From an uncultured Lentisphaeria bacterium (GTDB taxonomy: Bacteria; Fidelibacterota; UBA8477), in the NCBI GenBank assembly GCA_964543125.1, contig CAZIWX010000002.1, positions 26 to 64,025 on the forward strand: 64,000 nt of DNA, in the 5' to 3' direction. The position numbers and the translations under genes are program-made. The notes beneath the pieces were generated by a model. That model saw only the letters and a program-made list of their open reading frames with translations, was not told where the DNA came from and ran no database searches. Within the stretch, counting starts at the first letter, position 1; each line of letters begins with the position of its first letter. Of this stretch, positions 1 to 9,455 are shown one piece after another.

Positions 1-555
1 CTGCGTCAGGTCACCGAATTCCTTATCACAGCCGATCGTTGGCAGCGAGGTACGTTACGTTTGGGAATTGTGGCCAGCGATCTGCATAGCGGTGAGGATG
101 TGTATTTCACCCACGGGGATCTGGTTACGGCTATCCTGGCCAGCAGTGCAATTCCAGGGTTTGTACCGCCGGTAAACTTTAACGGACGCGTATTAGTGGA
201 TGGCGGCGTTACTCAGCAGGTGCCCATTCGCTTAGCCCGGGAGATGGGGGCGAATGTGATCATTGCGGTGGATGTTGGGCAGGCGATCGATCCCGACGCT
301 CGGATTGACAATGCCATGGCCATCATGTCCCAAGCAGAAAACATCAAATCCTACCATTATCGAATGTTGTTAAACCGGGAATCCGATGTTCTCATCAGGC
401 CTGCTTTTGTTGGCATCCACTGGTCGGAATTTTCCCGGGCGCCTGAATTCATAGCGGTTGGGCGAGAAGCTGCCGAAGCACGGCTTATGGAAATCCGGCA
501 GGCGATCTATCGCCAGACACATCCCTGGTTGAGTCTAATTTCGGGTCCTAAATAA
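1..555 (+). CDS. Patatin-like phospholipase; 5' end is truncated by the window edge
   Basis: Frame 1 is open from position 1, so the ORF-track Met at 61 is internal. The translation shows a patatin-type motif series (RLGIVA(S)DLHSG..., FVPPV..., the catalytic-Asp region LVDGG..). There is about 80 nt of spacer before the next gene. Confidence 0.65.
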   Translation: MRQVTEFLITADRWQRGTLRLGIVASDLHSGEDVYFTHGDLVTAILASSAIPGFVPPVNFNGRVLVDGGVTQQVPIRLAREMGANVIIAVDVGQAIDPDARIDNAMAIMSQAENIKSYHYRMLLNRESDVLIRPAFVGIHWSEFSRAPEFIAVGREAAEARLMEIRQAIYRQTHPWLSLISGPK

Positions 556-636
556 TTCTTTTGATTTGTAACGCCGCCGGCCTTTCCAAGTACTAAAAAT
601 CATTATGGTGATTGCAGAAGAACAGAAGGGAAAATC

Positions 637-2448
637 ATGACACGCCGTGCAGCTCAATTCATTTTAATTCAGTTATTTGTTGCCATCAGTTGGATGTGGG
701 CCCAGGATCTGCCGCTGCCGGAAGAAATTGTAAACGTAACGGCCATCACTGAACAAAATGCCGTCACCATCAATCAGCCGGTGCGGATTGCGCTGGAACT
801 CAGTCTCCGTTCCGGCTGGCATATTTATGCACCCGTGGCGGGTGAGAGTTTTACTATTCCCACCTCCATCGAAGTGGATTCAATCGTGGGTGGAACTTTG
901 GGTCAGTGGGTTTTTCCGGCTGCCCAGCAATTATCCGTCTCCGGAGTGGATGAGCCGGCAGCAGTTTACAGTCACAAAATCACGCTTTACAACACACTTA
1001 CGGTAACTGCCTTCGGAATTCAAACCTTTACTCTGACGGGCTCGGTACATTATCAGGCCTGTAATGATCAGACCTGCCTGATTCCGGCAAGCGTACCTTT
1101 TAGTTTGACGTGGCGAATCGTTCCGCCGGGTACCGGCATCGAAAAACAAAACGCAGCCGTTTTTGCCAGCCGGGGCCATTCGACAGCTCCCACGTTAAAT
1201 TCGGACCAAGCAAATTCGCCGATATCCGGTGAGAATAACATTGCCGGATTGGTTTCTGAAAAAGGGCTGTTGCTTACTTTTATCATCATTTTCTTCATCG
1301 GGCTAACCCTGAATCTAACACCCTGTGTGTACCCGTTGATTCCCATCACTATCAGCTTTTTTGGGGGTACCGGGGTTTCCCGGGGAAAAATATTCTGGTC
1401 GGCCCTGGCCTATGTACTAGGAATCGCCATCACCTATTCCATCCTGGGCGTTATTGCGGCCAGTACCGGCTCACTCTTTGGTAAGCTGCTCACCAATCCC
1501 CTGGTGCTCATTGGAATAGCCAGCCTGCTGGTTGCCCTTTCGCTCTCCATGTTTGGCGTGTATGAATTTCGATTGCCCACCGGATTGATGACGGCCGCCG
1601 GTAAATCCAAATCCGGGATTCTCGGCTCCTTATTCATGGGCCTGACACTGGGAATCGTGGCCGCTCCGTGCGTGGGTCCGTTTGTCATCGGTTTACTCAC
1701 CTACGTGGCTCAACTCCAGGATGTGGTTTTGGGATTTTGGATGTTTTTTGTTCTGGCCCTTGGCTTGGGTCTGCCCTATCTCTTTTTAGCTGTATTCTCC
1801 AGCAAAATTTCCCGTTTACCCCGGTCAGGCGCCTGGATGGTGGGGGTACGGGTCATTTTCGGCTTACTCCTGATCGGCATGGCAATTTACTTCCTGCTAC
1901 CATTATTGGGAAATGTGGGTGGCTGGCTGTTTTCGGGATTTATCTTCCTGGCTGGTTTTTGGCTTATTGTCGTTGATCAAAACGGGAAGGATGCCCGGGG
2001 ATTTCTCATTTTAAAACAAATTATCGGTATCGCCGTCATCGTCATTGCGACCTACCTGCTCGTTTCCCGAAGCTCGGGTGTGGCATCCGAAGCAATAAAT
2101 TGGCAGCGGCCAACAACGGAAACCCAGTTTGACAAACTGGTTCAAACGGGCCGGCCGGTGCTAATTGATTTTTACGCTGATTGGTGTATTCCCTGCCGCG
2201 AAATGGATCAATTTACCTTTACCGATCGGCGCGTGATTGAAAAGGTCAAGCTCTTCACCCCAATAAAAATTGACCTAACCACCGGAACCAGTGCCCTGGA
2301 ACAAGCACTTCAGTCACGCTACGCCGTGAAAGGAGTTCCTACTTATATCTTTCTTAACCGCTCGGGAACCGAATATGCAAATTTACGCCTGACGGGTCTG
2401 GAATGGGCGGATGCTTTTGTCAAACGGTTGGACGCTGCCGCTAACTGA
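637..2448 (+). CDS. dsbD: Thiol:disulfide interchange protein DsbD (N-terminal periplasmic domain, central multi-TM core, C-terminal thioredoxin-like domain)
   Basis: 603 aa. The N-terminus has a signal peptide. The central hydrophobic core carries a CVYP-type motif (LTPCVYPLIP) and a second Cys region (APCVGP). The C-terminal domain has a thioredoxin WCxxC motif (DFYADWCIPC). Confidence 0.8.
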   Translation: MTRRAAQFILIQLFVAISWMWAQDLPLPEEIVNVTAITEQNAVTINQPVRIALELSLRSGWHIYAPVAGESFTIPTSIEVDSIVGGTLGQWVFPAAQQLSVSGVDEPAAVYSHKITLYNTLTVTAFGIQTFTLTGSVHYQACNDQTCLIPASVPFSLTWRIVPPGTGIEKQNAAVFASRGHSTAPTLNSDQANSPISGENNIAGLVSEKGLLLTFIIIFFIGLTLNLTPCVYPLIPITISFFGGTGVSRGKIFWSALAYVLGIAITYSILGVIAASTGSLFGKLLTNPLVLIGIASLLVALSLSMFGVYEFRLPTGLMTAAGKSKSGILGSLFMGLTLGIVAAPCVGPFVIGLLTYVAQLQDVVLGFWMFFVLALGLGLPYLFLAVFSSKISRLPRSGAWMVGVRVIFGLLLIGMAIYFLLPLLGNVGGWLFSGFIFLAGFWLIVVDQNGKDARGFLILKQIIGIAVIVIATYLLVSRSSGVASEAINWQRPTTETQFDKLVQTGRPVLIDFYADWCIPCREMDQFTFTDRRVIEKVKLFTPIKIDLTTGTSALEQALQSRYAVKGVPTYIFLNRSGTEYANLRLTGLEWADAFVKRLDAAAN

Positions 2449-2785
2449 CTTTTTCCCGGAATCGGGTTTGATCAACCTCCCAATTCTTCCAAAATAGCCA
2501 CCGCCCGGCGGAGATGGGGGATTACGATTGTTCCATCTAGAGCGAGTGCCGGGTTAGGCTACTTTTCAAGGGGAGGTTCGGAAGGGACTTGGTACTGGCT
2601 ATAAAATCATAATATTTAGTTGTTTAATCCCTCTTTTATTCCTCGTTTGGAAAGGGGAGAAATTGTCTGCAACCCGGGCGGGCAAGGAATTGCGAGCTCT
2701 TACAAGTGGCAGAGTCTGCTTTTGTCCAAAAACGAAGGGACCTCTAAAGTTGTCAGACTTGAATTGTTTGGTTAATCCACTACAT

Positions 2786-2814
2786 TTGACGGCCTGAGTC
2801 AGATACGATATAAT
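2786..2814 (+). promoter_or_regulatory. Near-consensus sigma70-type promoter (TTGACG-N17-TATAAT) about 105 nt upstream of the M1 peptidase start
   Basis: -35 TTGACG at 2786-2791, a 17-nt spacer, and -10 TATAAT at 2809-2814, read directly from the sequence. It would give a ~100-nt leader ending in GGAGGTGA 8 nt before the ATG at 2920. Confidence 0.4.
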
Positions 2815-2919
2815 TAGCCTGCTCAGACAGGGAAACCAATACGAACTTGATAAAAATGACGCAAACCGTTCGAAACCAATCCAATTTTCGAGGGAAACAC
2901 GATTCAATGGAGGTGAGCC

Positions 2920-5847
2920 TTGATGCGTAAATGTGCAATCCTGATGTTGGTGACTGCCGGTCTGTTTGGATATTGGCAGCAAGATGTAGCCTATAAAATG
3001 ACGGTTCACCTAGATGAATCGGCCCGGGAGCTTACGGCAGCATCCCAATTAACTTACGTGAATCATTCCCCGGATACACTCAACTACATCCTCATGCATC
3101 TCTATCCCAACGCATTTAATAACGGAACAATTGCCGATCTTGTGGCAAGATCGAACGGCCAGGCCGGGTTCGCAAAGATCAAACCCTGGACCGGGATTAC
3201 TGTTCAGGATGCTTTTCTACTGGATAATTCCGGTCAGCCGGGGTCTAATCTCAATTACCACATTTACGATGACACGATATTACGCCTGGAGTTGGTCAGC
3301 GGTTTAGTGCCTGGCGATACCCTCCGATACTGGTTGGACTGGCGGTATAAAATTCCTGAACACTACGACCGGTCGGGTTGGGAAGGTGAACAGTTCGATA
3401 TGGCTCAATGGTATCCCAAATTCGTAGTGTACGATGAACGTGGCTGGCATGATGACCCTTTTGGAGACTGGGGAGAATATTACGGTGAGTTTGGTACGTA
3501 CGATGTGAACTTCGATTTGCCGGAGGATTATATCATCGGTGCGACCGGCGTGGTCACCGACGGGGATCCCGGCTGGGTAGGAGTCTGGGTCGATACCACT
3601 CGCGCCTGGGACGACTGGAATGCAGAAAACGCCGAATTTTACGCGGATTACCGTAAGAATTTGCCGGATAACGCCCGCAAATCGGTCACCTTTCATGCGG
3701 AGCGGGTCCACGATTTTGCCTGGCTGACCTCACCCGACCTGGTGTATGAACACGGTTCCTGGGACGGCATCGATATCCACGTCCTTTACGATCGGAAATT
3801 CGGCGCCCGCTGGACAAAAAAGCAGGTTGAGTATGGCCGGCGGGGTCTGAAGTGGCTTAGTACGCAATTTGGCCGCTACCAGTATCCCCAGTTTACCATC
3901 ACCAAGGCTTTATTAGGGGGTGGCATGGAATATCCCATGCTCATCATGGATGGCTATGATAGGGAGGGTCTGGTTATCCATGAAATGGGGCATAACTGGT
4001 TTTATGGGATGCTGGGTAATAATGAGTTGGAGGAAGCCTGGTTAGATGAGGGCTTTACCAGTTTTCAGACCCGCTGGTACCTGGAAACGCGCTATCCTAA
4101 GCGGGAAGACCGCATGTGGGCCCGGCGCAGGAATGATTTTGAACGAAACCATCTGCCCTGGGTCAGCCGCACGGAAGAAGACCGGAAATATGTTTTAGAA
4201 TATATGTTGTCCTCTCGAAATGAACCCATTGGAACCTTCAGTCAATATTTCATTAATGACGGTTCCTACCGTAAAAATGTCTATACTAAAGCTAGTCTGG
4301 TTCTTTTGAGTTTAAAAGAGTATTTGGGAGATGAACGGTTTCTTAAAGGGATGCGTCTGTATTTCCGGCGCTGGCACCTGAAACACCCCAATACGCACCG
4401 CTTTATTAAGGCCATGGAAGATGGAGCGGGCGAAAATCTGGAATGGTTTTTTGACCAGTGGCTGCGCACCGCCGGCGTTGTGGATTATGCTCTGGATGGA
4501 TATAAAACCGAGGCTGTTCCGGGTCAGGGTTATGAGACGACGGTTCATGTAAAACGATTGGGCGAATATTTCATGCCGGTACAGGTAGCGGTGATTGGTC
4601 CCCATTCTCAGCGTGCATCTGAACCGCTCCGGGCTTTTCGCTATCGAACCGGGGGTACCGTCACAATTCACTCTGAATTCAAACCGGTCAATGTGATCAT
4701 CGATCCGGACGATATATTTATGGATGTTAATCGTCTGAATAATATGGCGCACCATTCATTGGCGGCCCGGTACCGGATTTACGATTGGGGAAATTATCGG
4801 CCGGATGCCTATACCATCGAATATGCACCGGTTCTCGGATATACGGATGCCGCTGGTGTGAAGCTCGGTGCGGATTTCCACGGAACCTACCGCGGACTGG
4901 CAAAGGAATTTAACGCACGGATCTGGTTGTCCAGTAGTGATCAACCGGTTGACCTGCGCTTGTCGATTCCCTGGAAAATGCACTTCCCCGGCAGTGTAAT
5001 GACGGGAAATTTCAGCACGAGTTGGCTGGAATCCGTCCTCCAAAGCGAGTTGATTTTTTCCCACCGGTGGGCGCACACCATGTGGCATACGCCGATCCGC
5101 ACTTTCACCTGGGGAACCGCGTTCACCGATGTCACCCGGCGTAATGCCTTGTTACCCATGGTGGCCAGTTATACCCGCTTGACCACCAGTTATCAGATCC
5201 AGTTTGAACGGGTGACTATCACAGCCACTACCCGGTATAGTCCGGGCAACCTGGGCAGTTGGGGCAACGATTTTTCCCAAAATGAAGCCAGCCTGCAGTG
5301 GCTCCGGCCGGTTCGTAAATTCAAATTAAAACTCAAACTGTCCGGGAATGCCAATTTTGGGAATATACCCACTGAACTGCTTCCGGGAGTAGCCAGTGCC
5401 AATGGTTTGGCGTTATTCAACAGTGATGCCGGGCGGAGCATGGGCTTGACAAATAACTTGCGGCACATTGCGGATCATTATCTGATTCCCGGGGGCGGTA
5501 ATTTCCGGGGCTGGAGTACCCGGGAGCTTTATGTACCTTACTTAGTAGCTTTAAATACGCAGATTGAACGATCCATGTCCGGGTTTGGATTGCCGGTTCA
5601 ACCAACTTTGGCGTTGTTCGGCGATTATGGCCAATATGCCCGGGTCCCCGAGCACTGGCATCGCATCGCCGATGCCGGTTTGAGTCTATATCTCCGCCAC
5701 CGGTGGCAACGCACCAATTGGCTTACGGCCAGCCTGGCGCCCTTTAGCTTCAGAATCGATTGGCCTTGCATGCGCTATGATGCTCGTGATAAAAAAGTAC
5801 AATGGGATTTGAGACAGTGGTCGTTTAGCTTTGCGCATGCCATTTAA
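2920..5847 (+). CDS. M1-family zinc metallopeptidase (aminopeptidase N-like gluzincin) with a ~400-aa beta-strand-rich C-terminal extension
   Basis: 975 aa with an N-terminal signal peptide. It has the gluzincin HEXXH-(18)-E signature (VIHEMGHNWFYGMLGNNELEEAWLDEGF). The C-terminal third alternates hydrophobic and polar residues and contains a GGGNFRGW motif reminiscent of the Omp85 loop-6 VRG(F/Y) motif. Confidence 0.75.
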   Translation: MMRKCAILMLVTAGLFGYWQQDVAYKMTVHLDESARELTAASQLTYVNHSPDTLNYILMHLYPNAFNNGTIADLVARSNGQAGFAKIKPWTGITVQDAFLLDNSGQPGSNLNYHIYDDTILRLELVSGLVPGDTLRYWLDWRYKIPEHYDRSGWEGEQFDMAQWYPKFVVYDERGWHDDPFGDWGEYYGEFGTYDVNFDLPEDYIIGATGVVTDGDPGWVGVWVDTTRAWDDWNAENAEFYADYRKNLPDNARKSVTFHAERVHDFAWLTSPDLVYEHGSWDGIDIHVLYDRKFGARWTKKQVEYGRRGLKWLSTQFGRYQYPQFTITKALLGGGMEYPMLIMDGYDREGLVIHEMGHNWFYGMLGNNELEEAWLDEGFTSFQTRWYLETRYPKREDRMWARRRNDFERNHLPWVSRTEEDRKYVLEYMLSSRNEPIGTFSQYFINDGSYRKNVYTKASLVLLSLKEYLGDERFLKGMRLYFRRWHLKHPNTHRFIKAMEDGAGENLEWFFDQWLRTAGVVDYALDGYKTEAVPGQGYETTVHVKRLGEYFMPVQVAVIGPHSQRASEPLRAFRYRTGGTVTIHSEFKPVNVIIDPDDIFMDVNRLNNMAHHSLAARYRIYDWGNYRPDAYTIEYAPVLGYTDAAGVKLGADFHGTYRGLAKEFNARIWLSSSDQPVDLRLSIPWKMHFPGSVMTGNFSTSWLESVLQSELIFSHRWAHTMWHTPIRTFTWGTAFTDVTRRNALLPMVASYTRLTTSYQIQFERVTITATTRYSPGNLGSWGNDFSQNEASLQWLRPVRKFKLKLKLSGNANFGNIPTELLPGVASANGLALFNSDAGRSMGLTNNLRHIADHYLIPGGGNFRGWSTRELYVPYLVALNTQIERSMSGFGLPVQPTLALFGDYGQYARVPEHWHRIADAGLSLYLRHRWQRTNWLTASLAPFSFRIDWPCMRYDARDKKVQWDLRQWSFSFAHAI

Positions 5848-5880
5848 AACACCCGTCAATCCACGCCGCGGGATTCAGCT

Positions 5881-8184
5881 ATGTTCTTTTGGTCACACAT
5901 ATTCCCCAAACAATTTATGAGGCGGTTTCTAATCCTCATGCTAGTGTTGATCCCGGTTTTTGGAGCAACGCTACAGGCGGGTGAAGTCCGATACCAATGG
6001 GTGAGGGTCTGGATTAACAGCGATGCACAACTACCACAGGTGGTGAGCCTGGGGTTGGAAGTTGAAGGCGCTCGTCTCAAGCATAATACTTTCATTGAAG
6101 GGGTGGCCATCGAATCCGCCGTGGAACAATTGACTCAAGCCGGATTCAAGGCGGAAATCTTGCAACCGGATCTGGCGAGTATCTATGAACAGCGTTTACG
6201 GCATGATCGTTCAACCCGGGAGTTCGACAACGGGAGTATGGGCGGTTATTTTACTTACGACGAAATTACCAGCTTCCTGGATTCACTTCACGGCCGCCAC
6301 CCGGACATTGTAAGCGCTAAAATCAGTATCGGCCAGTCGGTGGAGGGGCGTGATATCTGGGCGATTAAAATATCCGATAATGTGGAGACCCATGAGGATG
6401 AGCCGGAAGTCTTTTACAACAGCCTGACCCACGCCCGCGAACCTGCGGCCATGATGGCGATTTTGTACTTCGCGAATCAGTTGGCTGATGAATACTCAAC
6501 CAATCCTGAATTTCAGTATTTGGTAAATACCCGAGAAATCTGGTTCGTCCCGGTGGTAAATCCGGATGGTTACACCTATAATGAAACAACTCATCCCAAC
6601 GGTGGGGGCATGCATCGTAAAAATATGGAACCGGGATGCACGACCTTGTTAGGTGTCGATTTGAACCGAAATTACGGTTACAACTGGGGTTATGATGATG
6701 TAGGCTCCAGCAGTGATAACTGCTCTGACACGTATCGTGGGTCAGCGCCCTTTTCCGAACCGGAGAGCCAGGCCATTCGGGATTTTACCGAGTCACACAA
6801 TTTCATTACGGTTTTCAATTACCACAGCTATTCCGATGAACTGATCATGCCGTTTGGCTACGCGGTGGATGCCGTACCACCGGAACCGGATTATACCACC
6901 TATCTGGAATTGGGACATGACCTCGTAGCCGACAATGGATACCTATTCGGGACCGGAATCCAAACGGTGGGTTATCTGACCAATGGGGATGCAGTGGACT
7001 GGATGTATGGCTCCGCGGGAATCATTAATTTCACACCGGAAGTGGGTAGCTATGCCGACGGTGGCTTTTGGCCGCCAGCGGAAAATATTATGCCCATCGT
7101 TTTGGAAAACGTGCTAGCCAATATCCATCTGGCTCTCGTCGCGGGGAACTGTGTGGTTTTGGATACCCTGGCGGTTGCCGGAGCTGATGAATTCCTCCAA
7201 CCAGATGCCAGCTATAATTTCCAGATCAGCTTGCGTAACAAAGGTTTTATCGCAAACCCCGCCAGTATCGAGACATTTACCATATCTTCCCCGGACAATT
7301 CCATTTCAATCAGCCCCAATACCTTCGAATTGAATGCAATTCCGGCCCTCAACACGGTTGATTTAATCTCGGATACCAGTCAATTCCATGTAAACGCGGT
7401 TTATGGCCAGCCGGCGACATTGATTTCGCAACTCCACGTGACTGGAAATTATTCCCGCCGGGACACCTTGCGGTGGATGGTAGGAATACCGGACACACTA
7501 TTCGCCGATGGCGCGGAAAATGGGTTGGCCAACTGGGTCAACAATGGCTGGGGGGTTACGTCCGACGCCTATATTGGCAGCTATGCTTTCACCGAATCTC
7601 CTAACGGAAATTATCCCAACAATATTGTCCGAACCATGACGCTGCTTGATAGTATTGATCTGACCGCGTACAATTATCCCCGACTGACCTTTCGAGCGAA
7701 ATGGAATATTGAAAATGAGTACGATTTTGCTCAGGTGCTGGGTTCCGGGGATGGCGGAGTTACCTGGGCGCCGCTGGCCGGTGAGTTTACACAGCCCGGT
7801 AGTGGCAACGGTGTTCAGCTTTTGGAGCAACCCGGATATGATGGTACTCAATCCACCTGGGTGCATGAGAACATTGATTTAAGCGAATTCATCGAGAGTA
7901 ATAATTTCAAGTTTGCACTCAGGTTGGCATCGGACAATTATGTGAACGCGGATGGAATTGACGTGGACGATATTGCCGTGCTGGGCTGGTCCGCCTTACG
8001 GACGGCGGGGGACGTGAACAATGATGGTACGGTCAATATTCTGGATTTAGTTTTGCTGGTTGACGGAATTCTTCAAATCGACTCACTTACACCGCTGCAA
8101 ATTCAGGCCTCTGATCTAAATCATGACGGACTTCTCAATGTTTTGGATCTGGTTCTGTTGGTGAACACCATTTTGCAGGCGTGA
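5881..8184 (+). CDS. Secreted M14 zinc carboxypeptidase with a MAM-like domain and two C-terminal dockerin-type repeats
   Basis: 767 aa with a signal peptide. M14 motifs are present: HAREPA (the HxxE zinc ligands), NRNYGYNWG, and a downstream His/Glu. A MAM-like segment ends ...GIDVDDIAVLGW. Two dockerin-like Ca-binding repeats follow: DVNNDGTVNILDLVLLVDGIL and DLNHDGLLNVLDLVLLVNTIL. Confidence 0.75.
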   Translation: MFFWSHIFPKQFMRRFLILMLVLIPVFGATLQAGEVRYQWVRVWINSDAQLPQVVSLGLEVEGARLKHNTFIEGVAIESAVEQLTQAGFKAEILQPDLASIYEQRLRHDRSTREFDNGSMGGYFTYDEITSFLDSLHGRHPDIVSAKISIGQSVEGRDIWAIKISDNVETHEDEPEVFYNSLTHAREPAAMMAILYFANQLADEYSTNPEFQYLVNTREIWFVPVVNPDGYTYNETTHPNGGGMHRKNMEPGCTTLLGVDLNRNYGYNWGYDDVGSSSDNCSDTYRGSAPFSEPESQAIRDFTESHNFITVFNYHSYSDELIMPFGYAVDAVPPEPDYTTYLELGHDLVADNGYLFGTGIQTVGYLTNGDAVDWMYGSAGIINFTPEVGSYADGGFWPPAENIMPIVLENVLANIHLALVAGNCVVLDTLAVAGADEFLQPDASYNFQISLRNKGFIANPASIETFTISSPDNSISISPNTFELNAIPALNTVDLISDTSQFHVNAVYGQPATLISQLHVTGNYSRRDTLRWMVGIPDTLFADGAENGLANWVNNGWGVTSDAYIGSYAFTESPNGNYPNNIVRTMTLLDSIDLTAYNYPRLTFRAKWNIENEYDFAQVLGSGDGGVTWAPLAGEFTQPGSGNGVQLLEQPGYDGTQSTWVHENIDLSEFIESNNFKFALRLASDNYVNADGIDVDDIAVLGWSALRTAGDVNNDGTVNILDLVLLVDGILQIDSLTPLQIQASDLNHDGLLNVLDLVLLVNTILQA

Positions 8185-8277
8185 TTGAGAGTCCGGTTTC
8201 CCCGAAAATATTATTTTACCTCTTGAGCCCGAAAAGCTAGGCGGCTACATTTGCGCCCACTCTAAAAAGAGCGGTGG

Positions 8278-9183
8278 GTGATAATAACCGGGGCGTGGGT
8301 GAACCGATTACATTATTTGGTGGGCTTGGGGTGTAGCGGTCTTATTATATTAGGCTGCGCTTCGCATTCCACCCACACCAACCGGCCAAGTTCCGTTAAT
8401 CCATCCCGGCGGATCGAGATCACGCTGCACTTGGCTGACAGCTTATGGAACCGGCGCATTGAGCCGGACAATGCTTTGGACGCAATTTCTGCATACGAAT
8501 ATCTGGCTTCAAAAGACAGCCTGGCTCTGCCCGTATGGACCCGGCTGGTACACGCCTATTATTATTATGCGGAATATGTCATCCAGGCAGATTCCCTCCG
8601 TCGCGACAGTGTATTGGCTTTGGGTTATAATATTACCCGCCAGGTGATCGGTTGGGCCAAGCCCTATCGATCGGTGTTGGCATCATCCGGTGATTCGCAA
8701 TTGGCTATTCAGGGTTTGAGCGCTGACTATACCGGTATTTTATATTGGGGTGCGGCCAGCCTGGCTCAGTGGACTTCTACCAAAGGTGACCTTGTCCAGC
8801 GTGGTCAAAGACCCTGGCTATTTGCTGCCTTACAGCATATTCATGAGTTGGATTCTACTTTTTATTTTGGTGGTTATGATCGTTTTATGGGAGTTATGTT
8901 ATGCCGGGATCCTCTGGCGGATCAAAATGCCCGGGTGCAGGCCAGACGGTATTTTGATGCTTCAATTCGGCTGGCCCCGGAATATCTCGGTACTTACACG
9001 CTGATGGCACACTACTATAGCCCCAAGCTCAACGACTATGACCAATTTTATCAATTACTTACGAAAGTTATTACCGCCACGCTGGATGTGAACAAGCCTT
9101 ATTATCCGGAGAATTATTTTGAAAAACAAAGAGCTGAAATGCTGCTTCTAACTGCTAAACACGAACATTGGTTTACCGAATGA
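8278..9183 (+). CDS. Hypothetical lipoprotein (probable lipobox ILGC; alpha-helical, TPR-like composition)
   Basis: 301-aa ORF. The N-terminus is a hydrophobic stretch followed by LGC. The true start may be the GTG at 8299 (VNRLHYLVGLGCSGLIILGC). No recognisable catalytic motifs. Confidence 0.45.
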   Translation: MIITGAWVNRLHYLVGLGCSGLIILGCASHSTHTNRPSSVNPSRRIEITLHLADSLWNRRIEPDNALDAISAYEYLASKDSLALPVWTRLVHAYYYYAEYVIQADSLRRDSVLALGYNITRQVIGWAKPYRSVLASSGDSQLAIQGLSADYTGILYWGAASLAQWTSTKGDLVQRGQRPWLFAALQHIHELDSTFYFGGYDRFMGVMLCRDPLADQNARVQARRYFDASIRLAPEYLGTYTLMAHYYSPKLNDYDQFYQLLTKVITATLDVNKPYYPENYFEKQRAEMLLLTAKHEHWFTE

Positions 9184-9455
9184 AATCTTTTCGTCAACCT
9201 CGGCACCAGACTCTTTCAGGTGCTCGCATTCTTGCGATTATCTTGTTAGCCGGTTTCCTCGCGGTACTAATTCAGGAATTTGCGAAATCCACGAATGCCG
9301 GGCCAGGTATTAAACCCGGGCGACAACAAATCTGGCGGTCCGCAATCATCGGCGCTAAATAAAATAACGCTTCCGGCTCTGATTTTATAACCTGAGAACT
9401 GGCTGCTTTCCCTAGGTCAACTTAAAAAGCCCTGATTTGAAAATATCGATGTATG

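Noticed and set aside
2599-3009. 136-aa minus-strand ORF spanning the peptidase promoter, leader and start
   Set aside because: It overlaps the well-supported M1 peptidase start and its consensus promoter. It is probably a spurious frame in an intergenic region.
8255-8282. Imperfect hairpin (GCGCCCACTCT-AAAA-AGAGCGGTGGGTG) after the carboxypeptidase gene, as a possible terminator
   Set aside because: There is no U-tract, there is a bulge in the stem, and it overlaps the nominal start of the next ORF. It more likely indicates that the real start of that ORF is downstream (GTG at 8299).
9168-9362. 64-aa plus-strand ORF after the hypothetical lipoprotein gene (possible 60-aa small membrane protein from MKSFRQ...)
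   Set aside because: It overlaps the 3' end of the upstream ORF, has no clear RBS, and is too short and featureless to call. It might be a genuine small membrane protein, but the evidence is insufficient.
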